The translations under genes and the position numbers were made by a program. A stretch of 63,035 bases of DNA, counting the filler, from Malassezia furfur (taxonomy: Eukaryota): assembly GCA_052055015.1 (NCBI GenBank). It is 41 parts of 41 records of this genome, joined end to end, with 100 filler letters (N's around TTAATTAATTAA, not from the genome) between each part and the next. Parts side by side here need not be neighbours in the genome. Positions count along the whole stretch, not along the records: positions 11,134 to 12,612 come from JBQJIT010001143.1; positions 12,713 to 14,187 come from JBQJIT010001144.1; positions 14,288 to 15,755 come from JBQJIT010001145.1; positions 15,856 to 17,323 come from JBQJIT010001146.1; positions 17,424 to 18,888 come from JBQJIT010001147.1; positions 18,989 to 20,446 come from JBQJIT010001148.1; positions 20,547 to 22,000 come from JBQJIT010001149.1; positions 22,101 to 23,552 come from JBQJIT010001150.1; 33 more parts are not named here. One strand, written 5' to 3'. The notes under the pieces are model-generated. The model searched no databases. It saw nothing but the letters and a program-made list of their open reading frames with translations, and was not told the DNA's origin. Shown one piece after another: positions 11,756 to 22,329 of this stretch. Every line of letters starts with the position of its first letter. Within the stretch, counting starts at the first letter, position 1.

Positions 11756-12232
11756 CGTGAGACAAGCCCAAGCGGGTCAAGGCAAAACGCTTGGCGGTCG
11801 CAGCTAGGCCGGAGAGAGCGTCCCCCGTTCCGTGCGCGTACCGGCTTGCACGTGGCCCCCTAATGAAAGCGAGTCGCCGCTGCGCGCGCCCGCACGTGCG
11901 CATGTGGGGGAAGGCTGATATGCCCGCGCAGCAAGTGGAGGCCACCGCCGCGCACGGCCGCTCCGACGCAGCACACCGCACGCCTGCGCGCATGGAGGGC
12001 AGCGGTAGCAGCCACGGCGACGGCGATGGCAGCACCAAGCTCCTGTATTGACCAGTCCAGGCACAACACCATGCCTACCAGCCCGTTGGGTCGCGCCGCT
12101 AGGCACTGACGCGCGGCCGCTCGCACGCGTGCGCGCGCCCGTCTCGCCCGCACATCCAGAGCCGCCCTTCTCGCACCGTTTACGTACCGTTCCCGTAGCG
12201 GCCGCTCCCTTATGCCTCGCAGCTCCTCGGCC

Positions 12233-12612
12233 ATGGCCTCGCCGCCCTCGCCGCCCTCGCTGCTCGCCACGCCGCCGGGGCCCGACTCCGAGCACGACAC
12301 GGCCGGCGGCGCGCCGCGCTTCCTCGTGCACCACCTCGCCGTGCTCCTCTTCCTCCTGTCCACGGCGCACGCACGCACCGATACCCACTGCGCCGTGCTT
12401 GTGCGCGCCTGCACGCCGCTGCTCACCCTCGCGCAGCACGCGCTCGCGAGTGGCGCGCTCGTCCCTGGCACGGCCGCCGACGTGCCGTACGCCGAGCTGC
12501 TCGCCGACTGCCTCGTGCAGGTGCAGTGCGCCGTCGGCCCCACGGCGCTCGAGCCGTGGCTGCGCACCGCCCCGGCCGTGGCGCCTGCGCTCGCGCGCCT
12601 CGTGCGCTTCGG
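12233..12612 (+). CDS. Hypothetical protein, 5' part
   Basis: ORF MASPPSPPSLL.. with coding-like codon bias running to the contig end. No family recognised. Confidence 0.45.
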
Positions 12613-12712
12613 NNNNNNNNNNNNNNNNNNNNNNNNNNNNNNNNNNNNNNNNNNNNTTAATTAATTAANNNNNNNNNNNNNNNNNNNNNNNNNNNNNNNN
12701 NNNNNNNNNNNN

Positions 12713-13401
12713 GGCGTTCACCGATGGCACGGATCTAGTCACCTTTGACTCCGAGATACCCCCGCCCCCCCCAGCGCGCACGGCGTCGCGGCGCCTGGCG
12801 CTGCGGCCGCCTACGCTGCTCCCCACGCTGAGCACCGGTACGGCGCTCGCAAGCGAGATGAACAAGTTGCGTGCACAGTACCCCGACGCGTCATGGGAGG
12901 CCATCGAGGCGATGGTGCATGCGCGGCACCAGCGGCTGCGCGAGCAGCTGCTCGTTGGCGCGGGCGGCGATGCCGGTGGGTGGGGCAGCAGTGCGCAGGC
13001 GAGCGACGAGCGCGGTGCCCAAGGCGTGCGTGGGCGGCGTGCGGGCGGCGGCCTCGGTGTGCACCTGGGCGTGGCACGCGCGGCCAACATTGCGCCGTAC
13101 ACGCGGCACGCCCTTTCCCTGGAGGAGCGCATGGAGGCGTTTTTGGATCTGCACGGGCTGTACGCGAGCGAGGCGGTGCAGGCCACCGAGCGGTTTCTGC
13201 TCGCGCTCGAGGCGGAGCACTTTCGCGGGCTGGCCTACCTCGGCGTGGGTGCCGGCAAGCACAGCCGGGCGAAGAGCAGCAAGATCCAGACGCAGGTGCG
13301 CGCATTCCTGCACAGCTGGGGCTATGTACGTAACGCTACTGACGCAGCCCATGGCCGAGTACGACGGGGTGATTGTGTGCGATCCGTGTACGCATCTATA
13401 G
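12713..13401 (+). CDS. Smr/MutS2-domain protein, C-terminal part (one micro-intron)
   Basis: FLDLHGLYASEAV..LAYLGVGAGKHS..VRAFLHSWGY-PMAEYDGVIVCDPCTHL*. Confidence 0.85.
13326..13347 (+). other. Spliceosomal micro-intron, 22 nt (GTACGTAACGCTACTGACGCAG)
   Basis: Removal completes the Smr domain (GY-P..DGVIVCDP). Confidence 0.85.
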
Positions 13402-13404
13402 TGC

Positions 13405-14187
13405 CTACATAAAGGCGGCCTCGCCGCGGCGGGCCAGCTCGACAATCTTCCAGCCGCCCGTGATTTCGTTGTCGAGCTCGCTCTCGACGCGCGTGAGCAC
13501 CATGGCGTAGCGGCACAGGTTGGCCTGCTCGATGCTCCCCTCCTTGACCTCGCCGGTGCGCGGGTCGGTGAAGTACATCAGCTCCTGCGTCTGGAAGCTG
13601 ATCACCAGCACGGGCATCGGCCCGGTCTCGAGCATCTTGCCCTGGAGCACCTCGACGTTGGACAGGTCAAGCGTGCGACCTTGCGGGAGGTAGCCGCGCT
13701 GCAGGTAGGGGTCGATCGTGGCCATCAGCACGTTGTAGGTCGCGTCGCCGCACCACTGGCGCAGCAGGTGCCGCTGCCCAGTGTGGAAGGCATCGAGCAC
13801 CTCGGGAATCACATACTCGCGCAAATCTGTGCTGAACTGCGCAAGCGTAAACGAGGGGTCGAGCTGCTTGATGGCACGCACCACCTGCACCGTCTCGTTC
13901 TCCTCAAACCACGACGCGACCGTATTCGTCACGCCGCGCAGCCGCTCCACGAACGGGTGCTCGCTCTCCTGGTACTGCTCGTTCCACTCGCTCAGCCGGC
14001 GGCGCACCGCACTGTCCTCGCCAAACAGACTCCACCGGCTCGGCTGGGCACTCTCGGGCGCCAGGACCAGGTCGGCGCCGGCGTTGGCATTTTCGGCGGT
14101 GCGGCGGTGGCCCACAGCGTAGCCGCCGAGCCGCTTGGGCTTGGGCGCGGCGTCCTCGGCCGCGGCCTCGGGTGCCGCCTCGGGCTC
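13405..14187 (-). CDS. TIM44: Mitochondrial import translocase subunit Tim44, C-terminal domain
   Basis: YQESEHPFV, WFEENET, LDPSF..LREYVIPEVLDAF, WCGDATYNVL, ELDNEITGGWKIVELAR. Confidence 0.92.
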   Translation of the reverse strand, partial: EPEAAPEAAAEDAAPKPKRLGGYAVGHRRTAENANAGADLVLAPESAQPSRWSLFGEDSAVRRRLSEWNEQYQESEHPFVERLRGVTNTVASWFEENETVQVVRAIKQLDPSFTLAQFSTDLREYVIPEVLDAFHTGQRHLLRQWCGDATYNVLMATIDPYLQRGYLPQGRTLDLSNVEVLQGKMLETGPMPVLVISFQTQELMYFTDPRTGEVKEGSIEQANLCRYAMVLTRVESELDNEITGGWKIVELARRGEAAFM

Positions 14188-14287
14188 NNNNNNNNNNNNN
14201 NNNNNNNNNNNNNNNNNNNNNNNNNNNNNNNTTAATTAATTAANNNNNNNNNNNNNNNNNNNNNNNNNNNNNNNNNNNNNNNNNNNN

Positions 14288-15315
14288 CAGTTTGCCGCCC
14301 AGCTCGTCACACATGCGCCCTCTGCACGCGCGCGCGCCGCCTCGTCGTCCGCGTGCGCGTGGGGGTCGAGCGGGGTGCGCTCGGCGCCGCGTGCCATGCA
14401 TGTGGCGAGCGTCGGCGCAACGCACGCGCGGTCGATCTGCGCGAGCGCCGTGCGGTCGTAGGTGTGCAGCGCGCGGAAGGTGCGCAGCGCCAGCACCAGA
14501 TCGGCCTCGACTGTGTCGGCGAGGGCGCTCGCCAACAACGTGGTGGCGTGCGTCGCGAGCGTCTGGGCCGCGGCATCGCGGCGCGTGCGCAGCGTCGCGA
14601 GGAGCGGCGCAGCCTCCGCGTCGTCGAGGCCGCCGAGGCGCTCGTCCGCCCAGACGTAGGTGCGCAGCGCGTCGCCGAGGCGCGTACGCAGGCTGTGGGT
14701 GGTGCGGTCGGCGTGCCACGGCACGCGCGGCGCCATAAGCGCCGTGTCGTCCGTCAATGCGCCGAGCGACACGGCGTCGAGTGCGGCGTCGAGCGCTTTG
14801 ACGTCGACGTGGGCCGCCTGCGTGCCGTCGAGCGTCGCCGGGACGCGCTGCAAGGCCGCATCCACGTCGAGGAGCGTGCGTAGCGTGTGCTGGGTGAGTC
14901 GCGCACGTACCTTGCGTCGGCGTGCGTCAGCGCTTGCCTGCTTTTCGCCGACGAGCTGCTCGACGATCTCGGCGAGCGTGGTGCGCAGGGTTGTGAGCGC
15001 GTGCTCGGCATGTGCGACGTCGGGGTGCTCCGTGAGCGAGTGGATCTGTGGTGCGTCCGCGCGCAGGCGCGACGCGAGCGCGACAAAGTCGCGGTACTTG
15101 GCGTGGATCACGTCGAGGAGCCGTGCGTGCAGTGCCTGGTTGTATGCGCGCAGCTCCTGGCGGATGGAGTGCACGTCCTGGCCGTACGCGCGCGAACACA
15201 GGAAGGCATCGACGTCGAACGTGCGCTGCGCCGTGGGCGAGAGCAGCGCGTCGCCCGCCGCGAGGGGGGCCGGCAGCGCGAGCGCCGGCACCGCAGGCGC
15301 GGCGTCGTGGTCCAT
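14288..15315 (-). CDS. COG2: Conserved oligomeric Golgi complex subunit 2-like, N-terminal part
   Basis: FDVDAFLCSR..IRQELRAY..LLDVIHAKYRDFVALASRL matches the COG2/Vps51-type N-terminal motif. Confidence 0.65.
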
Positions 15316-15351
15316 GTGGAGGGGCAGCGGGGCTATACAGAGCTGCGTGCG

Positions 15352-15755
15352 CTACGGAGCGGGGGCCCACAGCGGCACAAACGCCGCGTGGCAGGGGTCG
15401 ATCTTGCGGCCGATGTCGCTCACGGCGCCAAACAGGCGCGTCGCGACCCAGTACTCCCAGATGACGTGCCATGGGTAGGCGAGGCGCCAGTGAACGAGGT
15501 CGTGGTACATGTAGTAGTCGCGGCGGTCGTAGGCTGGGTCAGCAAACGAGACGTACCGACCGCCACGCGGGGGTTGACATAAATCAGGGGATGCACGGGC
15601 GTTGCGAGGCGGTGCATGTCGAGCGACGTTAACAGGCACTCGGACGCGCGGCACAAGACGCCCTGCCGGAAGCGCAGCGGCAGCTTGGCGGGCGCCTCGC
15701 CGTCGGGCGCTGTCGCATTGCGCGGCAGCCGCTCGATGGCCGGCACCGGCGCGTC
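15352..15755 (-). CDS. CAP59/CMT1-like (GT69) alpha-1,3-mannosyltransferase, C-terminal part (one micro-intron)
   Basis: LPLRFR..CRASECLLTSLDMH..IYVNPRVAV-AYD matches the CxASECxL..NPxVxVAY end of this family. Confidence 0.65.
15534..15556 (-). other. Spliceosomal micro-intron, 23 nt (GTACGTCTCGTTTGCTGACCCAG)
   Basis: Removal yields NPRVAVAYD in frame. Confidence 0.85.
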
Positions 15756-15855
15756 NNNNNNNNNNNNNNNNNNNNNNNNNNNNNNNNNNNNNNNNNNNNT
15801 TAATTAATTAANNNNNNNNNNNNNNNNNNNNNNNNNNNNNNNNNNNNNNNNNNNN

Positions 15856-16166
15856 CGCCCGGTCTTTATTGGCTCACACTGGTGTACCAGCGGATCGGGT
15901 ACCTCGGCGGGGGCTTCGGCGGGGGCCTCGGTGTGGCTCTCTTCAGGCCCCGCAGCAGGCTGCTGCGCGGCCCCGACGTCGTCAGGGCCCTCGGCGTCCC
16001 CTGACCCCTCCGCCTCGGCGGCCTGCATCGCCGCCGACGCGAACTCGTGCACCTCTTCGTCCGCAGACGCCTGTACACCCTCGTCGACGGCGGCCTGCAC
16101 GTCGCCCCACATCGCGGGGCGCGGCGTCGCTCCGACCGCCGACTCGTCGTCGTGCGCGCCGTCCAT
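15856..16166 (-). CDS. Hypothetical protein N-terminus (acidic; EPIKTG at the contig end may begin a PH domain)
   Basis: ORF MDGAHDDES.. preceded by a (GAC)n tract. Confidence 0.4.
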
Positions 16167-16307
16167 CGTCGTCGTCGTCGTCGTCGTCGGCGTCGTTGGT
16201 GTCGTCGGGGCTTAGGTAAGCGTCACCCCCCCGCCGCACCGCGCGCACGTACGTGGGCCTCCACTCTCCTGGACGACGCCTCGACAGCTTCTCGGTTCTC
16301 GGTTGCG

Positions 16308-17323
16308 ATGCAGGCGACGCAGACGGCGGCCGAGTGCATCCGCACGCCGCGCGCGCTCGCCGAGGTACACTGGGTCGGCACCGCTGCGGCCGTGTACGCC
16401 GTGCACGCCGCGTCCGCAACACACGCACGCGTCACTGACGCGGCCTTGCCGAGTGCACACGCCTTGTTTGCGCCGCACACCTACGAGTGGATCCGTAGCG
16501 AGACGAGCGACGTGGGCGCCGACGGCGCCGCGTCGCTTTGTACGCTCCTCGCGGAAGAGGATGTGCCGCTCGTCGGCTACGTCAGCGACTACGTCCCGGG
16601 CGACGCACCCTTCACGACGCTCGCGCGGCACACGAGCATCGTACACGCAGGCACGGCCACGGGGCCCGCGGCCGTGCTCACCTCGGTGCCGCAGGCCGCG
16701 CCGTCGGCCCTCCCGCGCGATCTCTGGGACGCATTCTGTGCCGTGCGCGAACAGACCCCGGGGCCGGGCATGACACCGCGCACCGAACTCGCACGCGCGA
16801 GTGCGCTGCTCGTGCGCATCGTCGGCAATGCGCTCGCGGGGCTCGCCAGGGCCGTGCCGGTGCACGGCAAGGCGTTCTCGCAGCAGCTGCGCTGGGACCC
16901 TACGTGCGAGGCCCTCTTCCACTATATGGGATGGACCGTCGCGCCCCTCGACGACGGGCGGCCGGCGCTGCATGCGCCCAAGGAGCTGGGCGTCGCGACG
17001 AACGCTGCGCAAGGGCATGCCGGCGCAGAGCCGGGCGTGTCTGGCGCGCCGACCGAGGCGCCGGCCGAGGCGCCGGCCGAGGCGCCGGCTCCGGAGGGCA
17101 TGCACGACGGCGCGGCGGCACCGAGCGCTGTGCCCGAGGCGATGCACGACAGTAAGGCCGCACCGAGCGCCGTGCCCGAGGCGATGCACGACGGCGAGGC
17201 TGTGCCGAGTGCCGCGCCCGAAACGATGCACGATGGCGAGGCCGCAAACGCCACGACGTCCGCGGACCCCTCTGCGGACTCCTCCGCCGAACCCCCCGCG
17301 GACCCCTCTGCGGAACCCCCCGC
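16308..17323 (+). CDS. Hypothetical protein N-terminus, possibly ubiquitin hydrolase Ubp2-like
   Basis: LLVRIVGNAL..KAFSQQLRWD..LFHYMGW..ALHAP resembles the N-terminal region of basidiomycete Ubp2. No catalytic motif lies in the contig. Confidence 0.4.
17100..17246 (+). repeat. Coding tandem repeat, 42-bp unit (MHDGxAAPSAVPEA), about 3.5 copies
   Basis: ATGCACGA recurs at 17100, 17142, 17184 and 17226. Confidence 0.9.
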
Positions 17324-17423
17324 NNNNNNNNNNNNNNNNNNNNNNNNNNNNNNNNNNNNNNNNNNNNTTAATTAATTAANNNNNNNNNNNNNNNNNNNNN
17401 NNNNNNNNNNNNNNNNNNNNNNN

Positions 17424-17568
17424 CCCGATGGCGATGCTCGAGGCACGCGCCACGGCGCCCGATGCGCCCGCGTTTGTCGCGGCGACCGCCGTGTCGCGCC
17501 CGGCGGCCGACGCCGCGAACGCCGAGCAGCTCGGCGCGGGTACCGATGCGGATGCAGATCTTTTGTAG
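17424..17568 (+). CDS. 3' end of an unidentified gene (..AEQLGAGTDADADLL*)
   Basis: Open frame ending in TAG at 17566-17568, directly abutting the UBP3 stop. Confidence 0.4.
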
Positions 17569-18888
17569 CTATGGCGCGCAGTGCTGGTAAAAGAGGAGGT
17601 ACGCGGGGCTCGGCGTGCCCTCGTTGCACAAGTCGCCCGACAGCACCTCGTCGGGGGGGATGGCGCGCGCATACGTGTCGTCGATGTGCACCCAGCCCGA
17701 GTCGTCCTGGCGCAGGACTGCGGCGGTGTAGTGTCCGCCGGTGGCCAGGCGCCCGTGGTGGTACACCACGCCAAACAGCGTGTACTCGGGCGGTGGGCCG
17801 GCCATGCGCAGCGGCGCACTCATCGTCGCAGGGTCGATCGTGAGGCGGTGGCCGTACGCGATGGGCTTGCAGCTCTTTTGCACACCGCCCACCTCGTCGT
17901 ACACGAAACGCTTCAACTGCAACACGAGGACGGGGGGGAGCATCTCGATGCACAGCTGCTTGGTGGCATCGACGAGCGCGCCGCGCCCCGGCGACCACAC
18001 GCCCGAGATCTCCTCGGGGACGGTCAGGTGGCGCAGCGCGTCCTCGAGCGTGCGCACCGACGGCGGCTGGATATCGAGCGGCAGCGTGCGGTACGGCTCG
18101 AGCACAATGCTCGTCTTGGCGCCGGGCACATGCAGCACGCTGCGCACCTTGCCGTCAAACATGCGCGAGATGGGCGACGCAGCGTCGCGCGTGCCGCCGG
18201 TGCGCGTGAGCGACGTCTTGCCCTTTTGGCCGACCTCGAGCCACTCGTCCTGCTCGGGGCTCGTGGGGCGCTGCACCTCGCGCGCCTCGACGTCCCCGTC
18301 GGCGTACGCGGCGGGCGGCGGCGCCTGCGGCGCGCTCGGCGTGGACCGGTGCGCCGCGCCGAGGCGGCGCTGCGCGCGCTGCTGCGCGAGCAGCACCTCG
18401 TCGTGCAGCGTGTTGAGCACCAGACTGAAGAACTCTTCTGCATCCTCCTGGTGCCCGAGGTGGAAGAGGTCGAAGCGCTTGTGCAGACGCATCGCATCGT
18501 ACACGTAGTCGGGCAGGATCGGGTCGACGTCCATCTCGAGCAGCGGCGTGTGCGCCGCGAGCGGGATCTCGGCATAGAAGCGGAAGCTGCGTCAGATGCG
18601 CACGTACATGGCCTCGAGTAGGGGGGTGGAGTTGGACAAGTCCTGCGGGAGCATCGCGTGCAGCTCCGTGAGGAAGTTGTACAGCGGGCGGCAGTACACA
18701 AGCATTTGCAAGATCTGCGTGAGTGGCGCAACGTACCACGCTCGCAAAGCACGAGTTTCCCTGGTTCACCAGGCCGACGGGCACGGTGAGCGGCGCCGCA
18801 AAGTGCGTGTGCGCCCCGTCGTACAGCTCGTCGAGGGTGCGTGCCGGCCGCGGCGGACGCGCGGCACGCGGCGCCCGCGTCGGCGACG
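17569..18888 (-). CDS. UBP3: Ubiquitin-specific protease Ubp3/USP10 catalytic domain (two micro-introns)
   Basis: Cys box GLVNQGNSCFASV-ILQML, GHQEDAEEFF, LVLQLKRF, His box VVYHHGRLATGGHYT, WVHIDD, AYLLFY. Confidence 0.93.
18587..18607 (-). other. Spliceosomal micro-intron, 21 nt (GTACGTGCGCATCTGACGCAG)
   Basis: Removes an in-frame TGA; TPLLEAI-FRFYAE. Confidence 0.88.
18715..18736 (-). other. Spliceosomal micro-intron, 22 nt (GTACGTTGCGCCACTCACGCAG)
   Basis: Removal restores the USP Cys box NSCFASV-ILQML. Confidence 0.92.
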
Positions 18889-19073
18889 NNNNNNNNNNNN
18901 NNNNNNNNNNNNNNNNNNNNNNNNNNNNNNNNTTAATTAATTAANNNNNNNNNNNNNNNNNNNNNNNNNNNNNNNNNNNNNNNNNNNNAACCCCGCGCGC
19001 CGCCCGCGCCCGCCGCGCGCGTCACGCGCCGCGCCTGTCGGCCACGTGGCCTCGCCTTGCGCTTTCCTCCACC

Positions 19074-20184
19074 ATGGCCGACGACGAGTCGTTTTCGGAG
19101 TCGGAGACGGGGCGCTCCGCCGTGTCGGCGCCCGCGTCGACCGCGTTCCGCAAGATGTCGCGGCTGCCGAGCGGCAAGGAGCGCACGCGTCTGCGCCAGT
19201 CGCGCAGCGCCACGTCCCTGCGCAACCCATATCTCGAGGACGCCGAGGCCATGCACGAGGACGACGACGAGGCCGAAGAGGCCACGCCCGCGCCCGCGCC
19301 CGCGCCCAAGTCGGTGCTGTCGGCGACCGCCGCGCCGCACACCCCGGCGTCGGTGCTCGCCGCGCAGCAGCAGGCGCCCGTGACCGCGTCGTCGAAGCGC
19401 ACGCGCGCCGGTCCGACGCTGGTGCCGACGGCGCCCAAGGTGCCCAAGACGAGCAGCGAGAAGGACGCGACGCCGCGCCTGATTGTCGTGCTGGAGCAGG
19501 CGTGCCTCGAGACATACAAGGTGTCGAGCGGCAGCGCGACGCACGCGCGCGGCAACAAGGACGCCGGCGAAAAGTACGCGCTGCTCAACTGCGACGACCA
19601 CCAAAAGGTGCTCGCCAAGATGGGCCGCGATATCGCCGAGGCGCGCCCGGACATCACGCACCAGTGCCTGCTCACGCTGCTCGACTCGCCGCTGAACAAG
19701 GCGGGACTGCTCCAGGTGTACATCCACACCTCCAAGGGCGTCCTGATCGAGGTCAACCCGCAGGTGCGCATCCCGCGCACCTTTAAGCGCTTCTCGGGCC
19801 TGATGGGTACGTGCCGTACTGACGCAGTGCAACTCCTGCACCGGCTGAGCATCCGCAGTGTCAAGGGCTCCGAAAAGCTCCTGCGCGTGATCAAGAACCC
19901 GGTCACGGACTACTTCCCGCCCAACACGCACAAAATCAGTACGTCCCAACGCTCACCCAGCGCTCTCGTACAACGCACCCGTGCAGCGCGTCTCGTCGTA
20001 CCTCGCGAGCGTGCCGCCGGACCGCAGCATCGCCGTGTTTGTCGGCGCGATGGCCCACGGCGAGGACAACTTCGCGGACGACGTCGTGGACGAAAAGATC
20101 TCCATCTCGGAGTACTCGCTGAGCGCCAGTGTCGCGTGCGGCAAGTTTTGCTGCAGCCTCGAGGACCTGTGGGGGATCGTATAG
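19074..20184 (+). CDS. EMG1: 18S rRNA pseudouridine methyltransferase Emg1/Nep1, complete, with long N-terminal extension and two micro-introns
   Basis: [70 protein letters not shown]. Confidence 0.96.
19807..19827 (+). other. Spliceosomal micro-intron, 21 nt, in-frame and stopless (GTACGTGCCGTACTGACGCAG)
   Basis: Interrupts the conserved FSGLM-VQLL motif with GTCRTDA if unspliced. Confidence 0.9.
19939..19960 (+). other. Spliceosomal micro-intron, 22 nt (GTACGTCCCAACGCTCACCCAG)
   Basis: Restores the frame HKI-TLSYNAPV. Confidence 0.92.
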
Positions 20185-20313
20185 GCATATGTACATGTCG
20201 TAGCTACGGACGTGGGCGTGCCACAAACCGCGCGCGCGCAGGCGGCACATTTTCGCCCTCGCGCCGCACCGCTCCGCGCAGCTTCGCCGGCGACACGGGC
20301 GCAACGCTCCGCG

Positions 20314-20446
20314 CCGCCCAACACACACAAAATCAGTACGTCCGCATGGCTCACGCAGCGCTCTCGTACAACGCACCCGTGCAGCGCGTCTCGTCGTACC
20401 TCGCGAGCGTGCCGCCGGACCGCAGCATCGCCGTGTTTGTCGGCGC
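20314..20446 (+). repeat. EMG1: Second partial copy of EMG1 (19917-20048) carrying a different 23-nt intron (20336-20358, GTACGTCCGCATGGCTCACGCAG)
   Basis: Exonic sequence is essentially identical to the first copy; the intron interior differs in sequence and length. Confidence 0.9.
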
Positions 20447-20724
20447 NNNNNNNNNNNNNNNNNNNNNNNNNNNNNNNNNNNNNNNNNNNNTTAATTAATT
20501 AANNNNNNNNNNNNNNNNNNNNNNNNNNNNNNNNNNNNNNNNNNNNCCGCCACCGCGGGCGCGCGCACACTCGCCGCGGCGGTGCGCAGCCATCCGCTGG
20601 TCGTCCGTGCACTCATCATGGCGGTCGGTGGCGGACGAGCAGCCGCTCGGCCGAGCAAAAAAAAGTGGGCGGCTCTGCACGCCGGCGGCGCAGCGCCGCG
20701 TTTGTTCGTCGTGCGCGAACGGAG

Positions 20725-22000
20725 ATGACGAGCGCTGCGCGTACCGCCGCGCCGCTCCTCCAGACGCCCATCCAGCTCGCTGTACACAGCCACTCTGCCA
20801 AGGATGGGCCCCACACGAGCCTGTGCAGCTCGCGCGCGTGCAACACCACGCGCTCGCACGTCGCGCTCGGCGACGTCGTCCGCGTGCGCGGCGCCGGCGT
20901 GCGCCGCCGCCGCGGGCTGCTGGCGTGCGTCGAGCAGGGGCTCGCCATCACGCTGCTCGACGTGCAGACGCAGACGCCCGTGCACACCTACACGCTTGCG
21001 CCGTCCGACCGCGCGTGCACACCGCCGCTCGTCGTCGAGCGCCAGGGGGGCGAGGCGTGGGTGCGCACCACGTACGTCGCGTTCGCCGACGCGGACGCCG
21101 GCGCGGACGCGTCGGTGCTCTGGGCACTCACCGAGCACCTCGACGCAAGCGGGCGCGCGGTGCCCGGCGCGGCCGCCGACAAGCGCACCTGGCGCCTCGC
21201 CGGCGCCGTCGAGGCGCTGTATGCGCTGCCGTCCGGCGACCTGCTCGCGGTGCGCGCCGACGCCGTCGTGCTGCTCGCCGACCCGCTGCATGGCGACGCG
21301 CGCGAAAAGGACGTGCTCCGCGGCGCGTTCGACACACGCTACGATACCCAGCTCCTGCTCGGCGCCGACACTCCGAGCCTGCTGCCCGAGCCGACGGGCG
21401 CGGCGCTCGTGCTGGTGACGGGCGGCGCCGAGGGCGTCGCGGTGCACGTCGTCGGCGTGTACGCGGACGCCGCGCCGCACCTGAGCGCGCACACGCACGC
21501 CGCGGACGCGACGCCTGCGCGCGACGTCACCAGTGCCGCGTGGCTGCCGCACGCGACGCTGGCGGTGCTGCAGCGCTCTGGCGCGCTCGTGACGCGGCGC
21601 ATCCGCCGCGGCATGGAAGAGGACGAGGCGCCCGCCACGACGACGCTCGCGCCGCTGCGTGGCGCCGCGGCGCGCCTCGTCGGCCTCTCGGCGTCGCACC
21701 TCCTCGTGCTGGCGCTGCCGACCGGCGACGCGCGCAAGGAGCGTGCGGCCGCGCTCGTGTGGGACGTGGGCCTCGCGACCGTCCTCGCGCAGGCCGAATG
21801 GTCGCTCGGCACCGCGCCGACGGGCGCCGCGCACATCAGCGCCGCGCCCGCCTCCGAGACGCACGTCGCGGTGCTGGTCGACGTGCCGCACCGCGACGTG
21901 GTGCGGAGCAGCGTGCTCGCGCTGCCCGTGAGCGTGCCCGCGCGCGGCCTGCTGGTGCACGCGCTGCACACCGCCGCGCAGACCGCGGCGTGGGTCGCGC
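20725..22000 (+). CDS. Hypothetical beta-propeller-like protein, possibly Utp8/NOL11-like (3' truncated)
   Basis: Long coding-biased ORF rich in beta-strand patterns (TYTLAPSDRACTPP, ALVWDVGLATVLA). Family call is tentative. Confidence 0.4.
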
Positions 22001-22329
22001 NNNNNNNNNNNNNNNNNNNNNNNNNNNNNNNNNNNNNNNNNNNNTTAATTAATTAANNNNNNNNNNNNNNNNNNNNNNNNNNNNNNNNNNNNNNNNNNNN
22101 CGCGCCCCTCGGCGTCGTCGGCGGCGGCGCGGCGGCGTGCGTACGCATCTGCGCACGCGTTCGCGAACAGCGTGTCGTACCCCTCGTCGCAGCCGGCGCC
22201 CGGCGCCGAGGACGGCTCGGACGTGTTTACGCCGGCGATGCTGGGCCATAGTCCGATGCGCAGCGTATCGGGCCAGCTACAGAGCACGGCGCCGACGCCG
22301 CACGGTGCGGGCGCGGCGCGCGTCATGTC

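Noticed and set aside
16211..16252. Possible 42-nt 5'-UTR intron on the minus strand (GTACGT...CTTACCTAAG) next to a (GAC)n tract
   Set aside because: Non-coding context gives no frame test, the AAG acceptor is atypical, and a competing GTAAGC donor lies on the plus strand. Not counted among the 19 introns.
15900..17090. TEAPAEAPAE peptide present in both divergent ORFs of one contig (possible inverted repeat)
   Set aside because: Short, low-complexity and differing at synonymous positions. Likely coincidental.
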